DNA of 64,000 nucleotides from Actinomycetes bacterium (GCA_031362415.1 JANLSK010000006.1:21868-85867), one strand, 5' to 3'; positions 42,090 through 51,218 are shown, counted from the stretch's first letter. Made by a program: numbers and translations. Notes: generated by a model not told the origin, from the sequence alone.

Positions 42090-43784
42090 TCACCGCACGG
42101 TCACGTCGTCGAAGCGGGTGCGGGACGGGGTGGCGAGCGCGTTGTCGTCGTGGTTCACCAAACGCAGCGTCACCCGATGCCCGGCATGGGGGCGGAGGTC
42201 GAAGGTGACCTGGCTCCACGTCGTGGTGTTGGCACACCGGCGGCGCAACACGGTGGCCGTGGATCCTGCCGTGTGATCGACCAGCGTCACCGTTGCCCAG
42301 TCGCTCGAAACCGTACCCAGGCACGTCGGCCGGAACCACAAGCCGAGCGAAGCAGCTCCTGTGGGCACCACGAACGCCTGGCTCAGGGTCGAATCGCCAG
42401 CCGTTGGACTCGCGGCCCCCAGAAATCCAGCCCAGGCTCCGGTCTGTGCGCCCGATCGCTGACCCACGGTTCCGCTGGCCGCCCAGCCCACCGTCGCGCC
42501 GAGCTCGAACCCTCCGTTCACCACCGGATCGACGACGGCCCGCGGTGAACCCACGGTCGTGGTGGTCACGGACGGAGGCCTGGTCGTCGTGGTCACGGAC
42601 ACGCCGGTGGTCGTGGTCGTCGGAGGCTTGGTCGACGTCGTCGTCGTCGGAACCGTCGTTGCAGGAGCGGTCGATGTCGTCGTCGACGACGGAACCGTCG
42701 GAGGAGGAGGAGGAGGAGGAGGAGGAGGAGGAGGAGGCGACGTGTTCCCGAACGCCGATTGGAACGCCGGACGGCTCAGCGGCACCCGTTGGAGACGGCC
42801 GGCGTGCGAGTCGGGATCGCTCACGCCCCAGCCCGGCTGCTCCCAGAACGCGTGGTAGGCGATGTTCCATGCCGGGTCAGCGATGATCGCCTGCATCCGC
42901 TGGATGAATCGGGGATTGTCACCCCCACCCCACGACACGCCGGCGCCCGCGTCGATCCACAGTTGCAGGCCCCACTCGGGGATGCTCAAGGGCTTGCCGT
43001 GGGCTCGGGCGAAGTCGCGATAGAAGACCATGCCCCTGGGGTTGTTGAGCACCCAGTCCCATGAGGCGTCCTGCTGGGCCGGGGTCGGGGGAGGGTCGAT
43101 GCCGGGGCGCCATCCGGCGTAGGCGCCGCCGTCGTAGACGTCGATGGCCACCCTGTCGACATAGGCGTCGCCCGGCCAGGCATCCTCGGGGCGGGGCAGG
43201 GTGAACGTGCCGATCGTGGGGTTCCAGTCGAACGTGAATCGCTGCCCAGGCACCGACCGCATGACCGTCACCCACCGCCGCCACGAGGCGATGAAGTCGG
43301 TGACCTCCGACTGGTCGACCCCGTAGTGGAACCAATTGCCGTTGAACTCGTGGGCGCCCCGCAAGATGGCGTTTTCCTGGCCGGTGGCCACGAGGCGCTG
43401 ACCCAGCTCGAGCCAATGAGCGTCATACGTCCCTTGGGCGCCAGCCTTCCACGTCCCGCCAACCGGGAACACGCCGGTGCCGCCGAGAACCATTCGGTAC
43501 GGGAGCGGCTGCCAGGCGTTCGACATCCATGCGGGCCACTTCTGGTTGGCCCAGGTGTCGACGTCCTGGAAGTCGAGTGCATAGTCGACACGCCGCCCGA
43601 GGAAGGCCTCGTAGGAGCCCAGCTGCGCTACGCCCCATGGCCCCGGGCCCCGGTAGACCCCGATGGCTGCGGGCGGTGGTGCTGCGGCCGCGGCCGTTCC
43701 CGCGACGTGGTCGATCGACAGCGAGGCGAGAGCGAACAGGCCGGTCGCGACGAGCGCGCCGATCCGACGAAATGGAGTACCCAT
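42090..43784 (-). CDS. secreted glycoside hydrolase (GH26-like) with Pro/Thr linker and C-terminal carbohydrate-binding-like beta-sandwich domain
   Basis: ATG 43784 is followed by signal peptide MGTPFRRIGALVATGLFALASL. Contains GAHEFNGNWFHYG and LSIPEWG (GH26-like acid/base and nucleophile contexts). The linker is P13 plus TTTSTAPATT. The C-terminal domain is VNGGFELG...W. Confidence 0.7.
   Translation of the reverse strand: MGTPFRRIGALVATGLFALASLSIDHVAGTAAAAAPPPAAIGVYRGPGPWGVAQLGSYEAFLGRRVDYALDFQDVDTWANQKWPAWMSNAWQPLPYRMVLGGTGVFPVGGTWKAGAQGTYDAHWLELGQRLVATGQENAILRGAHEFNGNWFHYGVDQSEVTDFIASWRRWVTVMRSVPGQRFTFDWNPTIGTFTLPRPEDAWPGDAYVDRVAIDVYDGGAYAGWRPGIDPPPTPAQQDASWDWVLNNPRGMVFYRDFARAHGKPLSIPEWGLQLWIDAGAGVSWGGGDNPRFIQRMQAIIADPAWNIAYHAFWEQPGWGVSDPDSHAGRLQRVPLSRPAFQSAFGNTSPPPPPPPPPPPPPTVPSSTTTSTAPATTVPTTTTSTKPPTTTTTGVSVTTTTRPPSVTTTTVGSPRAVVDPVVNGGFELGATVGWAASGTVGQRSGAQTGAWAGFLGAASPTAGDSTLSQAFVVPTGAASLGLWFRPTCLGTVSSDWATVTLVDHTAGSTATVLRRRCANTTTWSQVTFDLRPHAGHRVTLRLVNHDDNALATPSRTRFDDVTVR
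42700..42737. repeat. (GGA/GAG)12 trinucleotide repeat encoding a poly-Pro linker on the minus strand
   Basis: Twelve gag units at 42701..42736, flanked by g on both sides. Minus-strand translation is P13, inside the glycoside hydrolase linker. Confidence 0.95.
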
Positions 43785-43903
43785 GCAACCGTCCTCGGTG
43801 AGCGCACCATGGCGCATCCCGAGCCCTGCCCCACCACAGTCAACGGCATTCCGGGGTGGTGAACTTGAACGGCGTGTAGGTCGATCGGCCTACGCCAGGC
43901 CGA

Positions 43904-45004
43904 CTACGCCTCGGCGTCCCACAAGCGCTGGCAGCGATTCGCGGCCTCGATCACCAGCCCGGCGTCGACGACGGTGCGGGTCTCCCACACGGCTTGGGCC
44001 GCCCACTCGCACACGAAGACGAGATCGCCCGCCGGCGGCAGGGGCCAGATCCAGAAGGCCGCGTCGTAGCGACGGTGACCGCCCCCGCCTCCCCGCACGG
44101 CGATCACCCGGTCGGCCGGTGGCGCGCTCGAAAGCACAAGGGGCGCCAAGTCGGTCGACGACACCGACGTGCCGTCGGCGAACTCGATACGCAGACGGAA
44201 CCGATCGGGCGGACCTGCGGGGGCATCGCCCGGCCGCACCGGTTGGGGCAGGAACGAGCGGCCGATGGTCCCGTCGTCGGGCAGTCGCAGATGCAGCGCC
44301 AGACCCACCACGAATCCCGTGGGATAGGCCGAGAGCCCCCGGACCACCAGGGCCACGTCGGGGGTGGCGATGAGCGCGTCGTCGAAGGGGACGATCCGCC
44401 CGCCCCAGTCGTCGGGCGGACCCAGCCACTCGGGGATCGACGGCACCTGCCGGCGCGGTGTCGAGCCCCACCCCGGCGCCGAGCGCCCGGCTCGTCCGCT
44501 GGGCGAGCTGACGTCGGCACCGGACTCGGTGTCGGTATCGGATCCGGGGCGGCCACCGGCCGGATGCCCGGCAGCTCGCGTCACGAGCGCGCCGGCGTCG
44601 ACGCCGAGTCCCCGGGCCAGGGCCTCGACCGCTCCCGATGCCGGATCGAACAGGAGACCCACGAGCAGGTGCCGCGGCTGGATCTCGTCGCCGCCTCCCC
44701 GCATCGAGACCCGGAGGGCCTCCCCCAGAGCGGCCTTGGCTCGATCGGTGAACAGCCGCGCGCCCTCGGGGACCGGGGCGGCGGGCTGAGCTCGCTCGGA
44801 GACCTGTCGGCGGACGGCCATCCGGGCCCGTTCCAGGGTCACCGCCGACTGTTTGAAGAGGCCCGCGAGCGAGCCCTCCTTGATGACGCCCAACAGGAGG
44901 TGCTCGGTGCCGAGACGTTCGTGTCCCAACGTCGAGGCCTCCTCCTGGGCCAGGACGATGGCTCGACGGGCTTCCTCGGTGAAGCGCTCGAACATGGCAC
45001 TCAC
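43904..45004 (-). CDS. Clp N-terminal (Clp_R repeat) domain protein with uncharacterized C-terminal domain
   Basis: MFERFTEEARRAIVLAQEEASTLGHERLGTEHLLLGVI... is the canonical Clp_N start, and a second repeat follows (FTDRAKAALGEALR..IQPRHLLVGLL). There is no AAA+ module. The start is either GTG 45004 (GTGA overlap with the pepN stop) or ATG 44995. Confidence 0.75.
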   Translation of the reverse strand: MSAMFERFTEEARRAIVLAQEEASTLGHERLGTEHLLLGVIKEGSLAGLFKQSAVTLERARMAVRRQVSERAQPAAPVPEGARLFTDRAKAALGEALRVSMRGGGDEIQPRHLLVGLLFDPASGAVEALARGLGVDAGALVTRAAGHPAGGRPGSDTDTESGADVSSPSGRAGRSAPGWGSTPRRQVPSIPEWLGPPDDWGGRIVPFDDALIATPDVALVVRGLSAYPTGFVVGLALHLRLPDDGTIGRSFLPQPVRPGDAPAGPPDRFRLRIEFADGTSVSSTDLAPLVLSSAPPADRVIAVRGGGGGHRRYDAAFWIWPLPPAGDLVFVCEWAAQAVWETRTVVDAGLVIEAANRCQRLWDAEA

Positions 45005-47667
45005 CGACTCTCGGCCAGCAGATAGGCACGCAGACGGGCCTGCTCCCGGGCCTTGAGCGTGATCCCGACGGCTTGGCGGTCGAGGGCCTGCTCGACGGTC
45101 TTCATGGCGGCGGGCAAGGGGTGCTCGGTGACCAGCGAGCGGAGCTGGTCAGCCACGTGGGCGTCGGCGACGATGCGGAGGGCGCCGATCACGTTGCGGG
45201 CCACCAGCGCGGGAGCGAACCGCTCGATGATTGCCGGCCATCGTTCGCGTACGACATCCCAGGCGACACGCCCCTGGGTGCGGTTCGCCAGCGCCCGACC
45301 GATGAGGAAAGGGCCCGACTGGGCCCGCACCTCGCCGCTGAACGCCAGATCGAGCGCCCGCCGAACCAGCGCGGGATGGTCGAAGTCGCCCAGGGCGTAG
45401 AGATAACGCTGCTCGTCCTGCGGCGTGGCCGCGCTCCGATACCGATCGAGATGGGCGGCGAACTCGCTCTCGCCACCGCCGGCCGCAACGACATCGACGC
45501 AAGCGGCCACCACGTCGGGATCGACCGTGGCCGGCTCGGCCAGCGACCGGGCGTGCCACTCCGCAGCCGCGAGACGGACATCGGGGTCGGCTCCGAATCC
45601 GCCCATCGCTCCGATCACCAAACGCCGCAAGGTTCTTCGGGTTTCGGGCTCGGACGGGCCGGTTTCCCAGCCAAGCGTTGCCAGATGGGGCGCGGCGATG
45701 CGCCGCAGGAAGGCACGCAGGGCGGCGAGGGCCTCATCGTCGACCAACCTGCTGATCTGTCCGAGCCCGGCCAGGATCGCCCGCCATACGACGGGATCGT
45801 CGTCGGACGCCATCGCCTCCACCAGGCCGAGATACTCCGACGCGGCGATCGAACCGGCGACCACAGCGGCGAACGTGTCGTCGAGCAGGGTGTACCGCTC
45901 GACGGTGCTGAGCGCGGTGCGGGCGTTCGTGGCCAGGCACTCGCGCAGATCGGCCGAGTACGTGACCCGGTAGAAGCCGTGTGAACCGGCGTTCACCACG
46001 AGCCAGGACGGCTGCCCGTCGAGGTCGACAACGGCCTCGGGACCCTCGAGCACCACCCGGTGCTCGCGCGTCGAGCCGTCGGCCGATCCGCTGCGCACGA
46101 TGACCGGCACCGCCCAGCGGTCTCCCGGACCCGCCGGACTCCCGCCCGCCTCAGCGCCCTCAGCGCCGCCGCCCCCGACGCCCCCGACACCGCCGACATC
46201 TCGGACGTAGAGGAATCGACGTTGTGACAGCCGGAGCGTGCGCCCGTCAGCGCTGCGCTCGGCGGCCACCTCGGGGAAGCCGGGGCGGTAGATCCACCCG
46301 TCCATGATGCGACGCGCCTGCACACCCGAGGCCGTCTCGAGGGCGTCCCAGAGGTCGACCGTCTCGGTGTTGGCATACCGATGGCGCTGCATGTAGAGCC
46401 GTATCCCCTCCCGGAACACATCGGGCGTGAGGTACTGCTCGAGCATGCGAACCAGTGCCCCGCCCTTTTGGTAGGTGAGCACGTCGAACATCCCCTCGGC
46501 GTCTTCAGGGGTGATGACCGGATACTCGACGGGACGGCTGCTCTCGAGGGCGTCGATGTCGAACGCAGCGCTGCGTTCCAGCGAGAACTCGTCCCATCGG
46601 TGCCAGTCGGGTCGGAAGGCGGCATTGCCCTGGATCTCCATGAACGTGGCAAAGGCCTCGTTGAGCCAAATCCCGTTCCACCAACCCATGGTGACGAGAT
46701 CACCGAACCACATGTGCGCGATCTCGTGACAGATCACGTCGCAGACCCGACTGAGCTCCTGGGTCGACACCGTGGCCTCGTCGACGAGGAGGAGCACCTC
46801 ACGGAAGGTGACGGCGCCCAGGTTCTCCATGGCCCCGAAGGCGAAGTCGGGGACGGCAATCAGGTCGAGTTTGTCGCCCGGGTACGGGATGGCGAAGTAT
46901 TCGGTGTACCAGCGCAGCGCGTGACGGGCCACGTCGATCGCGAAGCCGGTGAGATGGCCCTTGCCCGGGATGTGCACGATGCGCACGGCGACACCGTCGA
47001 CGTCGACGGGACTGGTGGCTTCGAGCTCACCCACGACGAAACAGACGAGGTAGCTCGACATGGGAATGGTGTCGGCGAAGCGCAATCGTCGTCGCCCGTC
47101 GGCGGTGCGGCTCTCTTCGACGATCCCCCCGTTGGCGACGGCGTCGAGCCCCTTGGCGATCACCAGCGTGACCGCGAACACGGCTTTGCGATCGGGCTCA
47201 TCCCAGCAGGGAAAGGCCCGGCGGGCGTGGGGCGCCTCGAACTGGGTGACGGCCACGGTACGGGTCTGGCCCTGGTCGTCGGTGTAGGTGCTCCGGTAGA
47301 AGCCCCGCAGGTCGTCGCCGAGGACGCCGTCGAACGCGAGATCGACCCGAGCCGGGCCGGGCTCCATCGGCGACGGCAGGTGCAGGATCAGTCGCTCGCC
47401 CTCGGCGTCGATCGTGACCTTTACCTCCACCGCGTGTCCCTCAGGGCGAACAACGATCGCGGTGCCGATCTGCAGCCCCGCCGAGTTCAGCTCGATCGTG
47501 GCGACCGTCTCGACGATGTCGAGGCTGATCGCCACGTGGCCCGAGAACGTCCCCGCAACCAGGTCGGGCTCGAGGACGAGCTCGTAGCGACTTGGTCTTA
47601 CATCGTAAGATAGCCGGTGCGACGCCTTGGGATGCGAGTGCTCAGAGGTCTCGGGGGTGACGGTCAT
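45001..47667 (-). CDS. pepN: aminopeptidase N (M1 metallopeptidase)
   Basis: GAMEN motif (FGAMENLG) and HEIAHMWFGDLVTMGWWNGIWLNEAFA (HExxH-18-E). I prefer start ATG 47667 (MTVTPETSE...). Confidence 0.9.
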   Translation of the reverse strand: MTVTPETSEHSHPKASHRLSYDVRPSRYELVLEPDLVAGTFSGHVAISLDIVETVATIELNSAGLQIGTAIVVRPEGHAVEVKVTIDAEGERLILHLPSPMEPGPARVDLAFDGVLGDDLRGFYRSTYTDDQGQTRTVAVTQFEAPHARRAFPCWDEPDRKAVFAVTLVIAKGLDAVANGGIVEESRTADGRRRLRFADTIPMSSYLVCFVVGELEATSPVDVDGVAVRIVHIPGKGHLTGFAIDVARHALRWYTEYFAIPYPGDKLDLIAVPDFAFGAMENLGAVTFREVLLLVDEATVSTQELSRVCDVICHEIAHMWFGDLVTMGWWNGIWLNEAFATFMEIQGNAAFRPDWHRWDEFSLERSAAFDIDALESSRPVEYPVITPEDAEGMFDVLTYQKGGALVRMLEQYLTPDVFREGIRLYMQRHRYANTETVDLWDALETASGVQARRIMDGWIYRPGFPEVAAERSADGRTLRLSQRRFLYVRDVGGVGGVGGGGAEGAEAGGSPAGPGDRWAVPVIVRSGSADGSTREHRVVLEGPEAVVDLDGQPSWLVVNAGSHGFYRVTYSADLRECLATNARTALSTVERYTLLDDTFAAVVAGSIAASEYLGLVEAMASDDDPVVWRAILAGLGQISRLVDDEALAALRAFLRRIAAPHLATLGWETGPSEPETRRTLRRLVIGAMGGFGADPDVRLAAAEWHARSLAEPATVDPDVVAACVDVVAAGGGESEFAAHLDRYRSAATPQDEQRYLYALGDFDHPALVRRALDLAFSGEVRAQSGPFLIGRALANRTQGRVAWDVVRERWPAIIERFAPALVARNVIGALRIVADAHVADQLRSLVTEHPLPAAMKTVEQALDRQAVGITLKAREQARLRAYLLAESR

Positions 47668-47725
47668 CCCCGCAGGTTGCCACACCCCTGCACCGACCGG
47701 GGCGGTTCAGCGCTGCGGACCCCGC

Positions 47726-48421
47726 TCAGCCCGCTCGCTGTCGGCGCTGTCGGCGCTGCGGGCGCTGGGGGCGCCGTTGCGGCTCGGGGAGGAGATTCAC
47801 CTCGTAGGCGCACCGGGACCCGCCCGAGAGCACGTGCTGCGTACGCTCGACGGTGCAGTCGCTTCCGAGCGCCACGCGGAACAGCTCGAGCTCGGCGCGG
47901 CACAGGCCGTCGCACGACTGGGCCACGGCGTACACCGGGCAATGGTGCTCGATCAGCGTGTAGGCACCGTCGGGATGGGCTTGGACCTCGGCGACGTACC
48001 CCTCGACCGAGCGCTGCGACGCCAAGGCCCGGACCCGCTCACCCAGGTGACGGTGGGGATCGATCAGCTCCCGGTAGACGCTGAGCTGTTGGATCGCCCG
48101 GTGTGCAACGACCTGCTCGAGCGCATGCTCGCCGAGAGTCGAACGCACGGCATCGATCAGCTCCACTGCGAGGTCGGCGTGGCGGTCGGGGAACAGCTCA
48201 CGGGCCAAGGCGGTGAGACGCCACACCGCCGCAGGCCGCCCCCGGCCGACCGGGGGCCGGGAGCCGGGCTCCACGAAACCCATGGTGGACAAGGCTGCGA
48301 GATGCTGGCGGATAGCGGCCTCGGTCATGCCCAGTGGACCGGCGAGCTCGGACGGCGTGACGCCATCGGAGCGCTTGAGCCGATCGACGATGACCCGCTT
48401 TGTGTCGGTGAGCTCGGCCAT
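47726..48421 (-). CDS. ArsR/SufR-like winged-HTH regulator with C-terminal Cys cluster (possible Fe-S/metal/redox sensor)
   Basis: N-terminus KRVIVDRLKRSDGVTPSELAGPLGMTEAAIRQHLAAL is the wHTH. C-terminus HHCPVYAVAQSCDGLCRAELELFRVALGSDCTVERTQHVLSGGSRCAY carries five Cys. It is divergent from the Rieske gene. Confidence 0.75.
   Translation of the reverse strand: MAELTDTKRVIVDRLKRSDGVTPSELAGPLGMTEAAIRQHLAALSTMGFVEPGSRPPVGRGRPAAVWRLTALARELFPDRHADLAVELIDAVRSTLGEHALEQVVAHRAIQQLSVYRELIDPHRHLGERVRALASQRSVEGYVAEVQAHPDGAYTLIEHHCPVYAVAQSCDGLCRAELELFRVALGSDCTVERTQHVLSGGSRCAYEVNLLPEPQRRPQRPQRRQRRQRAG
47737..47772. repeat. 9-bp tandem array x4 at the 3' end of the regulator gene
   Basis: gctgtcggc gctgtcggc gctgcgggc gctgggggc. 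It encodes the Q/R/P-rich tail ...PQRRPQRPQRRQRRQ on the minus strand. Confidence 0.8.
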
Positions 48422-48472
48422 GTTCTCGTACCTCCTGCGTCACGGAGCGCCGGATCGATGAGACGAGGGGTC

Positions 48473-48512
48473 TTGACACGGAGGTGCCGATGGCAGAATA
48501 TCACAAGAATAT
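48473..48512 (+). promoter_or_regulatory. candidate promoter (TTGACA-N17-GAATAT) plus 7-bp direct repeat AGAATAT x2 spaced 11 bp, in the regulator/Rieske divergent region
   Basis: ttgacac at 48473..48478, then a 17-nt spacer, then gaatat at 48496..48501. agaatat occurs at 48495..48501 and again at 48506..48512. This is a locally AT-rich island in a high-GC window. The second repeat overlaps ATG 48511. Confidence 0.3.
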
Positions 48513-50133
48513 GCTTGCGAAAATACATCAGAGCGACGGGTCAACCTCACAGCACGCCGTCGCCGACCTCGCCGAGCTCCCCCAGGGCACGATGCGTACG
48601 GTGAAGGCCGGTGGGCAGCGGATCGTCGTGTGTCACACCGCAACCGGCGTCTACGCGCTCGACAACGCCTGCCCGCATCAGGGCTACGGACTCGTCCAGG
48701 GCGATCTGACGGGTGAGACCCTCACCTGCCAGTGGCACAACTGGAAGTTCCGGGTGAGCGACGGCACGTGCACCTTCGGCGAGGAGAACGTGCGGGCGCA
48801 TCCGTGCCAGGTGACCGAGGAGGGCACCGTGATCGTCACGATCACCGAGCCCAGCCCCGAGCAACGGCGAGCCGAGCTGTGGCCGAGCCTCGGGCGCGCC
48901 CTCGCCCGTCACTACACGGGCCAGATCGCTCGCGACACGGCCCGTCTCCTCAAGGCCGGGGCCACGCCCGCCGAGATCGTGCGGGCCGGCCTCGAGTACG
49001 GGCTCCCCCGGGCCGAGTACGGATGGGGCCACGCCTACGCCGTCGCCGCCGATGCGCTCACGATCGCTGAAGCCCGCTCGGGCGACGATCGGGTGCTCCC
49101 CCTGGTGCACGCGCTCGACGGGATCGCCGAGTCGGAGCTGCGGCGCCCGCTCCGTGTGGGCCCCGAACCTGCCGCCCCGACCGGGGCGCCCGCCGGGACC
49201 GCGACCGCGACCGGGGCGCCCGCCGGGGCTGCGGCCGTCGTCCACGGCGATCCCGCGGCCGTCTTCCGGGCGTTGGTCGAGCACGAGCAGGTCCCCCAGG
49301 CCGAAGCGCTCCTCATCGACGCGATTCATCGGGGGGTCGGCGCGGCCGAGCTTCGGGGCTGGCTGATCGGCGCCGTCAGCGACCACCATCTGGGCTTCGG
49401 GCACTGCGCCATCTACCTACAGAAGGCGTACGGCCTGCTCGAGCGTCTCGGGACCGACAGGGCCACGTTGCGCCTGGTCCTTGCTCCGCTCGTTCCCGAC
49501 ATCGTGCTCGCCACCCGCTACGACACGCTGCCGTTCATGCGCCCGGCCATGCGCGCCATCGGTTCCGTCGATCTCGAGGCGCTCGCCGCTGCACCCGGCC
49601 GTCGCACGACCGGCTGGCGCGACCGCGGGCACCTGCTCGACGCCATGCTCACCAGGGGCCCGGTCCCCATCACCGCCGCAGTCGAGGCTGTGGGCGCCGG
49701 CGGCGGCATCGACGGGCTGCTCGACACGGTGGTGCTGGCGGCCTCCCACCATCTCCTGCGGTACGACCCGGCCGAGGACTTCGACCACCGCAACGAGTTC
49801 GGCTGGCTCGACATCACCCACGCCCTCACCCACGCCAACGCCGTGCGCTGGGCCTGGCGGATGGCCCCCGGCCCCGACACGGCCCGGCTGGCGCTGTTCG
49901 CGGTGTTCATGGCCCACGATGCCGGACGGGCTGCGTGGCGGGGCCGAGCGTCCGACCTGACCCCGCAGTGGGAGCCGGCGGTCGGCGATCTCAAGGCTGC
50001 GGTGTCCGACCGGCGGGTCGATGACGCCGTGGCGATGGCCTTGGGGTTGCCCGTCGGTGATGTGGCCGACGCCCTCGAGCGAGCCGCGTTCGACGATCGG
50101 GCGGGCTCGTTCATCGTGGCCGCCACCTCGTGA
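48484..50133 (+). CDS. Rieske [2Fe-2S] domain protein with large uncharacterized helical C-terminal domain
   Basis: CPHQGYGL...CQWHNWKF is the Rieske CxH...CxxH motif. About 420 further residues have no motif I recognise. The start is ambiguous (GTG 48484, ATG 48490, ATG 48511). Confidence 0.8.
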   Translation: MPMAEYHKNMLAKIHQSDGSTSQHAVADLAELPQGTMRTVKAGGQRIVVCHTATGVYALDNACPHQGYGLVQGDLTGETLTCQWHNWKFRVSDGTCTFGEENVRAHPCQVTEEGTVIVTITEPSPEQRRAELWPSLGRALARHYTGQIARDTARLLKAGATPAEIVRAGLEYGLPRAEYGWGHAYAVAADALTIAEARSGDDRVLPLVHALDGIAESELRRPLRVGPEPAAPTGAPAGTATATGAPAGAAAVVHGDPAAVFRALVEHEQVPQAEALLIDAIHRGVGAAELRGWLIGAVSDHHLGFGHCAIYLQKAYGLLERLGTDRATLRLVLAPLVPDIVLATRYDTLPFMRPAMRAIGSVDLEALAAAPGRRTTGWRDRGHLLDAMLTRGPVPITAAVEAVGAGGGIDGLLDTVVLAASHHLLRYDPAEDFDHRNEFGWLDITHALTHANAVRWAWRMAPGPDTARLALFAVFMAHDAGRAAWRGRASDLTPQWEPAVGDLKAAVSDRRVDDAVAMALGLPVGDVADALERAAFDDRAGSFIVAATS

Positions 50134-50297
50134 AGATGGCGCGCACGGCCGGCGTGGAAGCCGTCGAGACCGGGTCGTCGCTCCCCCTGGCCGCCACGGC
50201 CCGCTTCATGGCGTCACCCCGGCTCGAACGGTTCGTCACCGCCGAGGTCGAGCAGGCCCTCGAGCTCCTGAGGACGGGCGCCCCGCCCAAGCGCTGA
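50130..50297 (+). CDS. small ORF (55 aa), or the out-of-frame C-terminal continuation of the Rieske-domain protein
   Basis: GTG 50130 overlaps the Rieske stop (GTGA). Sequence is VKMARTAGVEAVETGSSLPLAATARFMASPRLERFVTAEVEQALELLRTGAPPKR. It is protein-like, with G/C third positions throughout. It is under 60 aa and so absent from the track. Confidence 0.3.
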   Translation: MKMARTAGVEAVETGSSLPLAATARFMASPRLERFVTAEVEQALELLRTGAPPKR

Positions 50298-50384
50298 GCA
50301 GTGCCATCCCCGTCTGCGCAGCACGGCTCATGGGGGCCGAGCGATGTTGCGCAGATTCGTGTGGGGGAACGACGATGGCGAGCC

Positions 50385-51218
50385 ATGATGACGGAACCGA
50401 GCGGGGCCCACGTCGTCGCCAACGGGGTCCGGCTGTGGTTCGACGAGCACGGTGAAAGGCGTCATCCGAGCGTGCTGCTGGTGATGGGCCACGGTTCGCA
50501 GGCCGTCGACTGGCCCACGGACATGGTGGACGGCCTGGTGCGCGCCGGCCGCCATGTGGTGCGCTTCGACAACCGCGATGCTGGGCGCTCCGAGGACTTC
50601 GACGGCCGCACCTACTCCGTGCGCGACATGGTCGACGACGTCAACGCGCTGGTCGACGTGCTGGGGCTGGGCGAGGTCCACATCGTGGGCTGCTCGATGG
50701 GCGGTGTGGTGAGCCAGCTGGCGGTGCAGGCCAACCCACGACGGTTCACGACCCTCACCGCGATCATGTCGAGCCCGGGCGACCGCGAGCTGCCCGGCGA
50801 GCACGAGACCTACGCCCTAGCTCGCGTGCCCGCACCGGGACCGTCGGCTGACGCACGGGTCGAGTACGTGATGCGCCTGTGGCGAGCGATGAACGGTGCC
50901 GCGCTCCCGTTCGACGAGGGCCACTGGCTGCCGCTGGCCGAGCTCGTCGTGACCCGAGGATGGAACGTCGGTCGGGTCAAGCGCCAGCTCGTGGCCGCCC
51001 TCTCGGTCCCCTACGACGGTACCGCCCACCACCTCGTCACCATCCCGACGCTCGTCATCCATGGCACCGAGGACACCGTGCTCCCCTACCCCCACGGCGT
51101 GGCCCTGGCCCGACGCATCGCCGGGGCCCGGCTCGTCACGTTGGAACACATGGGCCACCTCCTGCACCCGAGCGTGGTGGAGCCGATCACCCAGGCCGTC
51201 GTGGAGCACACGGGCTGA
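50385..51218 (+). CDS. alpha/beta hydrolase
   Basis: MMTEPSGAHVVANGVRLWFDEHG.. starts from ATG 50385. The nucleophile elbow is VGCSMGG. HG-type oxyanion context is LLVMGHGS. Confidence 0.85.
   Translation: MMTEPSGAHVVANGVRLWFDEHGERRHPSVLLVMGHGSQAVDWPTDMVDGLVRAGRHVVRFDNRDAGRSEDFDGRTYSVRDMVDDVNALVDVLGLGEVHIVGCSMGGVVSQLAVQANPRRFTTLTAIMSSPGDRELPGEHETYALARVPAPGPSADARVEYVMRLWRAMNGAALPFDEGHWLPLAELVVTRGWNVGRVKRQLVAALSVPYDGTAHHLVTIPTLVIHGTEDTVLPYPHGVALARRIAGARLVTLEHMGHLLHPSVVEPITQAVVEHTG

Noticed and set aside
50131-50133. The TGA ending the Rieske-domain ORF as a Sec codon
   Set aside because: In-frame read-through gives Arg/Trp/Pro-rich noise (RWRARPAWKPSRP...). The coding-like continuation is in a different frame, so a frameshift or a separate small ORF fits better.
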